A stretch of 64,000 bases of DNA, taken from assembly GCA_033549025.1 (NCBI GenBank), contig JAWSUS010000007.1:32001-96000 (forward strand). Reading direction: 5' to 3'. The DNA comes from Desulfuromonadales bacterium (lineage in GTDB: Bacteria; Desulfobacterota; Desulfuromonadia; Desulfuromonadales; SZUA-540). Below the pieces are notes generated by a model. That model searched no databases and had not been told where the DNA came from. It saw only the letters and a program-made list of their open reading frames with translations. Positions 37,495-47,225 of this stretch are shown piece by piece (position 1 is the stretch's first letter; every line of letters starts with the position of its first letter). The position numbers and the translations under genes were made by a program.

Positions 37495-39276
37495 ATGGCC
37501 GCGAATGCTGAAAACATAAAAGTCCTTATCTGTCAAGGCACCGGGGGGTTGGCTTCCGGAGCCAAGGCGGTAGCCGAGGCTTTTGAAGAGGAATTTGCCA
37601 AAAAGGGCGTAGAGGCCAAGGTTGGCAAACGTTGCGAAGTCATCGGAACCGGCTGTCGAGGTCTCTGTGCCAATGACGTTCTGGTCGACATTGTTATGCC
37701 AGGGCAGGAAGGGGTCACCTACGATTTTGTAACCCCTGAAATCGTGCCCCAGATTGTCGAAGAACACGTTATGGCCAATCAGCCTGTTGAAAAAAAGAAG
37801 GCTGGCCCCTACTACGAAAAGTTCCTCGAAAAACAGCATCGCGTTGTTTTTTCGCGGTGCGGCACGGTTAACGCCGAGAGTATCGATGACTTCATCGCCC
37901 ACCGGGGCTTTGAGGGCATTAAGAAGGCAGTGACCATGTCGCCGGCCGAAGTCATCGACGAAGTTAAGCGTGCAGGGCTCAGGGGCCGCGGGGGCGGCGG
38001 ATTTCCTACCGGCGTTAAGTGGTCCTTCTGTGCTGCCTCTCCCGGCAAAGAAAAATATTTGATCTGCAACGCCGACGAAGGTGACCCCGGAGCTTTTATG
38101 GATCGCTCCATTCTTGAGGGTGATCCCTATGGGCTGATAGAAGGCATGATGATTGGCGCTTACGGCATTGGTTGCACTTTTGGCTATGTCTACTGCCGGG
38201 CCGAATATCCCCTCGCTATTAAGCGACTGCAGAAAGCGATCGATACCTGCTACGAAAAAGGTATTCTCGGCAAAAACTGCATGGGGCTCGGCTTTGACTT
38301 CGATATGCGCATCAAGGCTGGTGCCGGTGCATTCGTCTGCGGCGAGGAAACCGCTCTGATGGCCTCCATTGAGGGGCAACGAGGCATGTCCCGACCCCGT
38401 CCTCCTTTTCCTGCGGTGCGCGGCCTCTGGGGCAAGCCGACCAATATCAACAACGTCGAGACTTTCGCCAACGTCTCGTACATTTTCTACAATGGAGCCG
38501 ATTGGTATTCCAATATTGGCACCGAGGGCACCAAGGGGACTAAGATTTTCGCCCTCACCGGGAAGGTCAAGCACACCGGTCTTGTGGAGGTTCCTGCCGG
38601 CACCACCATGCGCGAGGTTATCTTTGACGTCTGCGGCGGAATTTTGAAAAACCGCAAGTACAAGGCTGTACAGGCCGGCGGCCCTTCGGGTGGTTGTCTG
38701 CCTGGCGACGCCCTGGATGCGCAGGTCGATTACGACTCCCTTATCAAAGCTGGCGCCATGATGGGTTCCGGTGGTCTGGTCGTCATGGACGAAACGACCT
38801 GCATGGTTGATATCGCCCGCTTCTTTCTGAACTTTACCAGGGTGGAGTCCTGCGGGAAATGTATCCCCTGTCGTATTGGCCTTAAGATCATGCTCGAGAT
38901 CCTTGAGCGCATCACCTCCGGGGAAGGTCGCGAAGGTGACATCGAGATGCTCGAGGATATGGCCTACGACATTAAGAAAAGCTCCCTGTGTGGCTTGGGA
39001 CAGACGGCACCTAATCCGGTTCTGTCTACCATTCGTTATTTCCGCGATGAGTACGAAGCCCACATCAAGGATAAATACTGTCCTTCCCATTCCTGTAAGC
39101 CGCTTCTCAAATTTGAAGTCATCAAAGAGGCCTGCAAAATGTGCGGCATGTGTTATAAGGTCTGCCCTGTCGATGCCATCATTTGGGAAAAGAAGCAAGT
39201 TGCGGTCATCGATAAGGAAAAGTGCACCAAGTGTACATCCTGTTATGATGCCTGCCCCTTTATGGCCATTGAATAG
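37495..39276 (+). CDS. nuoF: NADH-quinone oxidoreductase subunit F, extended HydB-like form
   Basis: GRGGGGFPTG, NADEGDPGAFM, GAFVCGEETAL, ESCGKCIPCR; extra N-terminal Cys domain and C-terminal 2x[4Fe-4S]. Confidence 0.93.
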   Translation: MAANAENIKVLICQGTGGLASGAKAVAEAFEEEFAKKGVEAKVGKRCEVIGTGCRGLCANDVLVDIVMPGQEGVTYDFVTPEIVPQIVEEHVMANQPVEKKKAGPYYEKFLEKQHRVVFSRCGTVNAESIDDFIAHRGFEGIKKAVTMSPAEVIDEVKRAGLRGRGGGGFPTGVKWSFCAASPGKEKYLICNADEGDPGAFMDRSILEGDPYGLIEGMMIGAYGIGCTFGYVYCRAEYPLAIKRLQKAIDTCYEKGILGKNCMGLGFDFDMRIKAGAGAFVCGEETALMASIEGQRGMSRPRPPFPAVRGLWGKPTNINNVETFANVSYIFYNGADWYSNIGTEGTKGTKIFALTGKVKHTGLVEVPAGTTMREVIFDVCGGILKNRKYKAVQAGGPSGGCLPGDALDAQVDYDSLIKAGAMMGSGGLVVMDETTCMVDIARFFLNFTRVESCGKCIPCRIGLKIMLEILERITSGEGREGDIEMLEDMAYDIKKSSLCGLGQTAPNPVLSTIRYFRDEYEAHIKDKYCPSHSCKPLLKFEVIKEACKMCGMCYKVCPVDAIIWEKKQVAVIDKEKCTKCTSCYDACPFMAIE

Positions 39277-39309
39277 CCAGGTCCCTAGCTGATTTGATAC
39301 GAGGTTAAG

Positions 39310-41790
39310 ATGGTAAATCTTACTATTGACGGCAAGCAGATCACTGTAAAGAAGTCGGCTACAATTTATGAAGCCGCCAAAGAGGCCGGGATCAACATCC
39401 CGGTGCTCTGCTATGCTAAAAAACTTCTCCCTTACGGGGCTTGCAGGGTTTGTCTCGTTGAAGTTGAGCAGATGAAGGGGCGCCTGATCCCTTCTTGTAC
39501 GACCCCCGTCACCGAGGGGATGGTCGTAACGACAACTTCACCTGAAATAACCAAGGTCCGAAAGACCGTACTGGAATTCTTGCTTGTCAACCATGTTGTC
39601 GAGTGCCCTGTCTGTGACAAGGCGGGCGAGTGTGATCTGCAAGATCTCACTTTTGAATACGAGGTCGTTAAGAACCGTTTTAGCGGCGAGAAATTTGATC
39701 TGCCGACGGACGAAGTCAATCCCCTTATCGAGCGCAACATGAATCGTTGTGTCCTATGTGGGAAATGCGTCCGTGTTTGTGATGAAATTGTCGGGTACGG
39801 TTCTTACTCATTCATCAACCGCGGTTTTGAGACTAAAATCGCCACGGCCTTCGATCGCGGTCTCAACTGCGAATTCTGCGGACAGTGTGTTTCCATGTGT
39901 CCGGTCGGAGCCATACTGCCTCGTCCTTTCAAATTCAAGGCGAGACCCTGGCAGCTCAATGAAGTAGATACGGTCTGCGGGTATTGTGGCAATGGCTGCA
40001 CCGTTACTCTCGGCGTTCTCAATGACAAAGTCGAAACTATCCGCTTTAATGACAAAACTGGCGTCAACGATGGCAACCTCTGCATTCGTGGGCGTTTTGG
40101 TTACGGCTATATTCATCATGAAGACCGGCTTCGCAAGCCCTTGATTCGCAAGGACGGACAACTCGTCGAAGCCGAATGGGAAGAAGCTATTGAAGCCGTA
40201 GTTCAAGGCTTCGATCGGGCCCGCAATGAAAAGGGTATCGGTGTATTGGCAGGGGCGCGATTGACCAACGAGGAGTTTTTCCTGCTGAAAAACCTCGCCA
40301 AGACCCTTGGCACCTGCAATCTCGATCATTCCGGCGGCGAATGCTATAAGGGGGTCACCGAGGGCTTGTTCGAAACCCTTGGCGTAAAGGCGTCTACCGG
40401 CACCTTCCCGCAGGTTGAGTCCTGCGAGACCATTTTGGCTATCCGCTCTGACTTCTATGAAACGCACCCGGTATTTGGGATGGTTGTCAACCAAGCGGTC
40501 AAGCGGCATGACGCCCAACTCTTTATCGTCTCCGACAAAAAGGGCAAGTTTTCCAAACTGCCCCACGCCCAAACTCTTCTTGGAAAACCTGGTACGGAGA
40601 TTGAGGTTCTCAATGCCATGGCCCGCGTTCTGATCGATGAGGATTTGGCGGTGACCGACGGTATTGAGGGGCTCGAGGAACTCAAGGCCGGTCTCGCCAA
40701 ATTTGCGCCGACCGATGTGGCCGAAAGAACCGGTGTAAGCGCTGAGGCAATTCAAACAGCGGCCCGTGCGCTTTCCAGCGCCAAGAAAAGCGCGATTCTG
40801 CTGGCCTACGGTTTACCTTACACGGCCCAGAGCAAGGAGCTCGCCATTGCCGCCGCGAACCTGGCCATCCTTACCGGAAACGCCGGTCGTGAAGGGTCTG
40901 GCCTTTATCTTTGTGGTGAAAAATCCAACAGTCAGGGCGCTATTGATCTCGGCATCCTGCCCGAGAAAGGGGCTCTGGGCGCTAAGGCTATGCTTGAGGC
41001 TGCCAAAAGTAGCAACCTTTCCGCTCTCTATGTGGTCGGGGAAGATTTGCTTACCTCCTATCCGGACCGCAGCCAGCTGGAAGCAGCGCTCAAAGCTGTT
41101 CCCTTTGTCGTCGTACAGGACATTTTTCTGTCGCCGACCGCCCAGCAGGCTGATGTGGTTCTCCCTGCCACCTCATTCGCTGAAAAAGACGGTACCTTCA
41201 CCAACGCTGAGCGTCGCATTCAGCGTGTACGCCCCGGTGTGAGCAGCCCGGGTGAAGCCAAGACCGATTTTGAAATTTTCGAAACGCTCTCAACGCGTTT
41301 TGGTCGCAACGTCTCTTACACGAGTGCTGCTGACGTCTTTGCAGACATCGCTGCCAACGTTCCGGAATACGCCGGCCTCCAGTTGGAAGCCATAGGGGCT
41401 CAAGGTGTCGTCTGGGGCGGGGACATCCTTGCTCCCAAGAAAAAGCGTGTCGTGGCCGTTGCTGCTGACGAAGTGGCAAACAGCGAATTCCTGCTCGTCA
41501 CCGGCAGCTCTCTCTACCACAGCGGGACGATGTCTACGCGAGCCAAGGGGCCTCTTTCGGTAGTGTCAGAGCCTTACATTGAGTTTGGTCAGGAAGACGC
41601 TAAAAAGCTCAACGTTGTCGATGGGGACATGATTACCGTCAAGGCTGAAGGAGGCCAGATCAAACTGAAAGCCAAAATTGATCGTCGTCTTCCCCAGGGT
41701 GTGGTCTTTGCGCCCTATCATTTTGCCTCGGCTGAAATCAATCGACTCTACAAGGGTGAGGCGGTTGTCCCGGTGCAGCTAAGCAAGTAA
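39310..41790 (+). CDS. nuoG: NADH-quinone oxidoreductase subunit G
   Basis: GACRVC, H..ECPVCDKAGECDLQ, CVLCGKC, CEFCGQC, CGYCGNGC; molybdopterin-enzyme-like C-terminus. Confidence 0.92.
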   Translation: MVNLTIDGKQITVKKSATIYEAAKEAGINIPVLCYAKKLLPYGACRVCLVEVEQMKGRLIPSCTTPVTEGMVVTTTSPEITKVRKTVLEFLLVNHVVECPVCDKAGECDLQDLTFEYEVVKNRFSGEKFDLPTDEVNPLIERNMNRCVLCGKCVRVCDEIVGYGSYSFINRGFETKIATAFDRGLNCEFCGQCVSMCPVGAILPRPFKFKARPWQLNEVDTVCGYCGNGCTVTLGVLNDKVETIRFNDKTGVNDGNLCIRGRFGYGYIHHEDRLRKPLIRKDGQLVEAEWEEAIEAVVQGFDRARNEKGIGVLAGARLTNEEFFLLKNLAKTLGTCNLDHSGGECYKGVTEGLFETLGVKASTGTFPQVESCETILAIRSDFYETHPVFGMVVNQAVKRHDAQLFIVSDKKGKFSKLPHAQTLLGKPGTEIEVLNAMARVLIDEDLAVTDGIEGLEELKAGLAKFAPTDVAERTGVSAEAIQTAARALSSAKKSAILLAYGLPYTAQSKELAIAAANLAILTGNAGREGSGLYLCGEKSNSQGAIDLGILPEKGALGAKAMLEAAKSSNLSALYVVGEDLLTSYPDRSQLEAALKAVPFVVVQDIFLSPTAQQADVVLPATSFAEKDGTFTNAERRIQRVRPGVSSPGEAKTDFEIFETLSTRFGRNVSYTSAADVFADIAANVPEYAGLQLEAIGAQGVVWGGDILAPKKKRVVAVAADEVANSEFLLVTGSSLYHSGTMSTRAKGPLSVVSEPYIEFGQEDAKKLNVVDGDMITVKAEGGQIKLKAKIDRRLPQGVVFAPYHFASAEINRLYKGEAVVPVQLSK

Positions 41791-41815
41791 GGCTCTCATT
41801 CCAGGCGGAGGAGCT

Positions 41816-42778
41816 ATGGAGTGCCCACAGTGTAAAGCCAGCGTTTCCGCCAAGGCGAGGTACTGTGAACAGTGCGGCATTAATCTAGATCAAAATGCCG
41901 AATTTCTGCATGAGAAAGCACTCGAGCTTTACCACCGGGGGCTGATCCACGAAGCTTTGAATCTTTGGGATCGGGCTGTAATTCTCAAGGAAGATTTCGC
42001 CAAGGGTTACTATTATAAGGGTCTGGCGCTTTATGACCGCGGTGACTTGCAGGATGCGGTCGATGCTTTTTACAAGGCCCTGAACGGTAGAGAAAAGAGC
42101 TTTCGCGTTTATTTCAAGCTCGGTATGGCCCAATACGGTCTGGGAGATCTTGACGCTAGCATCCAAAGCTATAGAGAGGCCTTGAAACTCAACCCTGGAA
42201 GCGCGGAAACCCATTATCGGCTCGGGTTGTCCTATCTCAGGAATTCGGACCTCGAAAAAGCCGAAAAAGCTCTGACTGAAGCTATAAAGATCAACCCCAA
42301 GTATACCCGAGCCCTTTATATCCTCGGTATCGTGTTTTCACAAAAAGGGGACAACGAACAGGCCATCGAGCAATTTAAAACGGTCGTAGATATCAGCCCA
42401 TCCTATACAGCCGCTCGCTTTGATCTGGGCATGGCTTTTTATCGGGCTGGACAACTGGATGAGGCTGCCGATCAGTTTCAGAAAACGACTGAAGCCAATG
42501 AACGTTTTGCCCCGGCTCACTATATGCTGGGTGAGGTATACAGAAAGACCGGAGAGTTCGACTCGGCCATAAGCGCCTACAATCAAGCTGTAAGACTCAA
42601 CGCCAAGGATGTCGAGACCTATCTTCGACTCGCTGAGTGCAATCTGCAGCTCGATCTGATGGATGCGGCAAGGGAAGCTATCAGCAAGGCCTTGGCGCAC
42701 AACCCGCAACATCGCGAAGCGTTGTATCTTGAAAAACACCTCAAAGAAATGACCACGCCTCATAAGCCTGGTTTTTAG
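41816..42778 (+). CDS. Zn-ribbon plus TPR-repeat protein inside the nuo operon
   Basis: GGAGG RBS; CPQC...YCEQCG followed by about 8 TPR units. Confidence 0.85.
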   Translation: MECPQCKASVSAKARYCEQCGINLDQNAEFLHEKALELYHRGLIHEALNLWDRAVILKEDFAKGYYYKGLALYDRGDLQDAVDAFYKALNGREKSFRVYFKLGMAQYGLGDLDASIQSYREALKLNPGSAETHYRLGLSYLRNSDLEKAEKALTEAIKINPKYTRALYILGIVFSQKGDNEQAIEQFKTVVDISPSYTAARFDLGMAFYRAGQLDEAADQFQKTTEANERFAPAHYMLGEVYRKTGEFDSAISAYNQAVRLNAKDVETYLRLAECNLQLDLMDAAREAISKALAHNPQHREALYLEKHLKEMTTPHKPGF

Positions 42779-42838
42779 TTAGCCGTTTTATTGTAATAAA
42801 GAGCACGTCTTAATCGATCAAGGAAGAGGATTGTCATT

Positions 42839-43876
42839 ATGCCTGAATTGTTGAGCCTCTCAAACAATGTCCCCCTGTTTCTGGCGACCATGCTGGTTAA
42901 GATCCTGGTAGTATTTGTCGTGGTGATTCTCATCGTCGCCTATGCTACCTGGGTTGAGCGCAAAGTCATCGGCCATATGCAGACCCGGCTTGGTCCTATG
43001 CAGACCGGTTGGCACGGACTTCTGCAACCGATTGCTGATGGACTTAAACTCTTTTTCAAGGAAGATATCATCCCGTCAGAAGCAACAAAGGTGGCCTTTA
43101 TCCTGGCGCCGATGATGATACTCGTTCCTGCTTTCATTACCGTCGCGGTGGTTCCCTTTGGGCCCGATATCGAGCTTTTCGGCTATACGGTGCCGCTCCA
43201 AATCTCCGATTTAAATGTCGGCATCCTATACGTCCTGGCCATGGCTGGCCTGGGTGTTTACGGTATCGTTCTGGCTGGTTGGTCCTCCAACAGCAAGTAC
43301 TCCCTTCTAGGCGGAATTCGCTCCTCAGCCCAGATGGTTTCCTATGAACTGGCCGCGGGCCTTTCCATCATTGCTGTCTTCATGCTTTCCGAAACGCTCA
43401 GCCTGCGAGGCATTGTCGCAGCGCAAGCCGGACCGCATCCTCTCTTTTCTTTCCTGCCTAACTGGTACGTTCTGTCCCAGCCTCTGGCCTTCGCTCTTTT
43501 TGTGGTCGGCTCGCTTGCTGAAATCAACCGAACACCTTTTGACCTGCCCGAGGCCGAAACCGAACTGGTCTCTGGCTTTTGCACAGAGTACTCTTCCATG
43601 AAATATGCACTGTTTTTCATGGCTGAATACGCCAATATGGTTGTCATCTCTGCTATTGCCGCCACGTTATTCCTTGGTGGCTGGGCTGGTCCCTTCTTTG
43701 GGCCCATAAACCTGCTGATCAAAGTGTTTGCCTTCATGTTCTTCTTCATCTGGCTACGTGCCACTATGCCTAGGGTACGTTATGATCAGCTGATGTTCCT
43801 CGGCTGGAAAATATTCTTGCCGCTGTCCCTGGCAAATATCCTGATCACCGGCATCATCGTTCTTATGATGCAGTAA
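42839..43876 (+). CDS. nuoH: NADH-quinone oxidoreductase subunit H
   Basis: ERKV..MQ.R.GP, QPIADGLKL, NRTPFDLPEAETELV. Confidence 0.96.
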   Translation: MPELLSLSNNVPLFLATMLVKILVVFVVVILIVAYATWVERKVIGHMQTRLGPMQTGWHGLLQPIADGLKLFFKEDIIPSEATKVAFILAPMMILVPAFITVAVVPFGPDIELFGYTVPLQISDLNVGILYVLAMAGLGVYGIVLAGWSSNSKYSLLGGIRSSAQMVSYELAAGLSIIAVFMLSETLSLRGIVAAQAGPHPLFSFLPNWYVLSQPLAFALFVVGSLAEINRTPFDLPEAETELVSGFCTEYSSMKYALFFMAEYANMVVISAIAATLFLGGWAGPFFGPINLLIKVFAFMFFFIWLRATMPRVRYDQLMFLGWKIFLPLSLANILITGIIVLMMQ

Positions 43877-43903
43877 TTTACAACCTGACAAGAGGATAGG
43901 CCC

Positions 43904-44299
43904 ATGTTTAAAGAGTTCATCAAAGGTCTGAGCATCACCTTCAAGCATATGCTGCCGGGAAATTCGACCACGGTCCAATATCCGAAGGAGAAATTGCCTA
44001 CTTCGGATCGGTTCCGCGGCCTGCACCGACTGGTGCCGACCCACGAGCGGGAAAAATGCGTCGCCTGCTACCTCTGCCCCACAGTTTGTCCTGCTAAATG
44101 CATTACCGTCGAGGCTGCAGAAAACGACAAAGGGGAAAAATATCCCAGGGTTTATCAGATCGATCTGTTGCGTTGCATCTTCTGCGGATACTGTGTGGAA
44201 GCCTGCCCTGTCGAGGCATTGGAGATGACCGGTGAGTATGAGCTGGCCAACTACAAAAGGGAAAACTTCACTTTCACCAAAGAGCGACTTCTTAAGTAA
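43904..44299 (+). CDS. nuoI: NADH-quinone oxidoreductase subunit I
   Basis: CVACYLCPTVCP, CIFCGYCVEACP. Confidence 0.96.
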   Translation: MFKEFIKGLSITFKHMLPGNSTTVQYPKEKLPTSDRFRGLHRLVPTHEREKCVACYLCPTVCPAKCITVEAAENDKGEKYPRVYQIDLLRCIFCGYCVEACPVEALEMTGEYELANYKRENFTFTKERLLK

Positions 44300-44319
44300 T
44301 AGGTATAGGAGCTGAACCC

Positions 44320-44823
44320 ATGGAACTACTCTTTTTCTATTTGGTCGCCTTGGTTGCGGTCGTCTCCGGTGTTTTGGTTGTCACCTGCAAGAGTCCCGTT
44401 AATAGCGCACTCTCTCTGGTTATGACCTTTGTCTGCCTGGCTACCTTCTACGTTATGCTGCAGGCCCCATTCATGGCGGCCATCCAGATCATGGTCTATG
44501 CAGGAGCCATCATTGTTCTTATCATTTTCGTCATTATGTTGCTGAATCTTGGGACGGCTACCATGAAAAAGACCTCCCACAGCATCATATGGTCAGCCCT
44601 GCTCGGGGTACTCATGGTTTCCCAGGCTATCTTCTTCCTGAAGCGTAGCGCGGTTTCCGGAGTCAAGGGGGACATAACGTCTGAGGTCATTAACACCTAT
44701 GGCCATACGGAACTTATTGGCCGTAGCCTCTTTACTGACTTTCTCCTCCCTTTTGAGATTGCGTCGATCCTGCTCCTGGTTGCCATCATTGGCGCCGTGG
44801 TGCTGGCTAAGAAAGAAGTTTAG
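44320..44823 (+). CDS. nuoJ: NADH-quinone oxidoreductase subunit J
   Basis: [21 protein letters not shown]. Confidence 0.95.
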   Translation: MELLFFYLVALVAVVSGVLVVTCKSPVNSALSLVMTFVCLATFYVMLQAPFMAAIQIMVYAGAIIVLIIFVIMLLNLGTATMKKTSHSIIWSALLGVLMVSQAIFFLKRSAVSGVKGDITSEVINTYGHTELIGRSLFTDFLLPFEIASILLLVAIIGAVVLAKKEV

Positions 44824-44849
44824 TTACCAAAAAGGACAGGAGATACATC

Positions 44850-45152
44850 ATGATTACCGTTCACCATTATCTTGTATTGAGTGCAATCCTGTTTTCCCTG
44901 GGAACGTTCGGGGTTTTGACCAGGAAAAACGCTATCGTCATCTTTATGTGCATTGAATTGATGCTCAATGGCGTGAATCTTTCCTTTATTGCGCTCTCCC
45001 ATTTTCTTGGAAACATGGATGGACAGATTTTCGTCTTTTTCGTCATGTGCGTTGCTGCCGCTGAAGCTGCAGTCGGTCTGGCGTTGATGATTTCATTCTT
45101 CCGTAACAAAGAGTCCATTGAAGTTGAAGAATTCAATCTGCTTAAATGGTAA
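44850..45152 (+). CDS. nuoK: NADH-quinone oxidoreductase subunit K
   Basis: [16 protein letters not shown]. Confidence 0.96.
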   Translation: MITVHHYLVLSAILFSLGTFGVLTRKNAIVIFMCIELMLNGVNLSFIALSHFLGNMDGQIFVFFVMCVAAAEAAVGLALMISFFRNKESIEVEEFNLLKW

Positions 45153-45196
45153 CTGCTCCCGGTTTTAAGGGTTTAATCCGCTTAGAGGAGAGATAG

Positions 45197-47179
45197 ATGT
45201 ACGACAAACTGTGGCTGATCCCATTCTTTCCCCTGCTGGGGTCCATCGTTAACGGACTCTTCGGCTCGAAGATCAAGAATGAGAAGGTGATAGGGACCAT
45301 CGGTACCCTGGCGATTGCCTCCTCCTTCGTGGTCTCAACCAATTACTTTTTTCAACTTCTCAAGGATCCTGTAAAGGTTCATGAGAACGTGATCGCGTCG
45401 TGGATGTCCATTGGTAACCTGCAGGTGGACTGGGGATTTCTCCTCGATCCTCTTTCCACCCTGATGATTATGGTTGTTACTGGCGTCGGATCTTTGATTC
45501 ACCTCTACTCCATCGGTTATATGCACGGTGAAGAAGGATTCTTCCGGTATTTCTCCTATCTCAATCTCTTCTGCTTTTCCATGCTTATGCTGGTGCTCGG
45601 CAACAACGCGCTGGTCATGTTTATCGGCTGGGAAGGTGTAGGTCTTTGTTCTTACCTTCTTATCGGTTATTACTATCATAAGAAGAGTGCCGGGGATGCC
45701 GCCAAGAAAGCTTTTGTTGTCAACCGTATCGGGGATTTCGGTTTCCTCATCGGACTTTTTGTGCTCTTCTGGACCCTCGGGAACAATCATGGTGTCTGGA
45801 CGCTAAACTTTGTTGAGATAGCCAAGCACGGACACCTCCTGGGCACAGGAAGTGTGGTGGTCACCTTGGTTACCCTGTGCTTCTTCCTCGGTGCCACCGG
45901 TAAATCCGCCCAGATCCCTCTCTACACCTGGTTGCCGGATGCCATGGAAGGCCCCACGCCTGTCTCGGCGCTGATCCATGCCGCCACCATGGTCACCGCT
46001 GGCGTCTATATGATCGGGCGCATGAATGGCCTGTTTGCCATGGCCCCTGACACCATGATGGTCATTGCCATTGTGGGTGCTGCTACGGCCATTTTCGCCG
46101 CCAGTATTGGTTTGGCACAAAACGATATCAAACGCGTTCTAGCGTATTCGACCGTTTCCCAGCTCGGCTACATGTTCTTGGCTATGGGGGTCGGTGCCTT
46201 TACTGCCGGTATCTTTCACCTGATGACGCACGCCTTTTTCAAGGCCTGCCTCTTTCTCGGGTCTGGTTCCGTTATTCACGCCATGCACCATGCCTACCAT
46301 CATGCACACCTGCATGATGACGCGCAGGATATGCGCAACATGGGTGGCCTCGCCAAAAAGATGCCTATTACCTATCTCACCTTCCTGGTATCCACCATCG
46401 CCATTGCTGGTATCCCTGGATTTTCCGGCTTTTTCTCAAAAGACGAAATTCTCTGGTGGGCCTTTGGCTCGACTCGTGGGCACTGGCTTCTTTGGCTCGT
46501 TGGTGCAATCGCGGCCGGTATGACCGCCTTTTATATGTTCCGCTTGGTGTTCATGACCTTTCACGGCAAGCAGCGCACCCATGTTAAAGCCAAGGATCAT
46601 ATTCATGAATCGCCGCTGGTTATCACCATCCCCTTGATGGTTCTTGGCCTGCTGGCCGTTGTCGGTGGTTTCGTCGGTGTTCCAAAAGTTCTTGGAGAGC
46701 TTTTCGGGCACATTCCGAATAAGATCGAGCATTTTTTAGCTCCGGTATTTGAGCATACCCAAGAGATCCACCATATCGCTGCACATGGTAGCCACGCTCA
46801 GGAATTCGGTCTTATGGGCATTTCCGTCGGCATAGCTGTCGTCGGTATTATCGGGGCCTGGTTTATGTACCTTGCCAAACCTGAACTTCCTGGCAAGTTT
46901 GTGGCCGCCTTCAAAGGCCTTCACCGCGCCGTTTTCAATAAATGGTACGTTGATGAGCTTTACGACGCTCTTTTTGTCAACGCCACCAAAAAAGCCGGAA
47001 CCTTCTTCTGGAAGGGCTTTGATGTGGTCATTGTTGACGGAATTGTCAATGGGGTAGGACGTGTAGTTAAGCTTTGCTCCCGGGGTCTGCGCCTGACCCA
47101 GACCGGTTTTGTACACAATTATGCCCTGACCATGGTTCTCGGTGTCGTCATCATTGTCGGCTATTACGTCTTCAAGTAA
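45197..47179 (+). CDS. nuoL: NADH-quinone oxidoreductase subunit L
   Basis: GWEGVG, GKSAQ.PL.TWLPDAMEGPTPVSALIHAATMV, THAFFKA. Confidence 0.96.
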   Translation: MYDKLWLIPFFPLLGSIVNGLFGSKIKNEKVIGTIGTLAIASSFVVSTNYFFQLLKDPVKVHENVIASWMSIGNLQVDWGFLLDPLSTLMIMVVTGVGSLIHLYSIGYMHGEEGFFRYFSYLNLFCFSMLMLVLGNNALVMFIGWEGVGLCSYLLIGYYYHKKSAGDAAKKAFVVNRIGDFGFLIGLFVLFWTLGNNHGVWTLNFVEIAKHGHLLGTGSVVVTLVTLCFFLGATGKSAQIPLYTWLPDAMEGPTPVSALIHAATMVTAGVYMIGRMNGLFAMAPDTMMVIAIVGAATAIFAASIGLAQNDIKRVLAYSTVSQLGYMFLAMGVGAFTAGIFHLMTHAFFKACLFLGSGSVIHAMHHAYHHAHLHDDAQDMRNMGGLAKKMPITYLTFLVSTIAIAGIPGFSGFFSKDEILWWAFGSTRGHWLLWLVGAIAAGMTAFYMFRLVFMTFHGKQRTHVKAKDHIHESPLVITIPLMVLGLLAVVGGFVGVPKVLGELFGHIPNKIEHFLAPVFEHTQEIHHIAAHGSHAQEFGLMGISVGIAVVGIIGAWFMYLAKPELPGKFVAAFKGLHRAVFNKWYVDELYDALFVNATKKAGTFFWKGFDVVIVDGIVNGVGRVVKLCSRGLRLTQTGFVHNYALTMVLGVVIIVGYYVFK

Positions 47180-47225
47180 TTGGCGCATAGATCTGCGATA
47201 GAAGTGAAATAAGGAGCGAATTCCA

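Noticed and set aside
37474..39198. 574-aa minus-strand ORF and similar long antisense ORFs (e.g. 301-1308, 13620-14723, 30204-31469, 53393-54472)
   Set aside because: They shadow well-supported genes on the opposite strand, have no recognisable motifs, and are expected from codon bias
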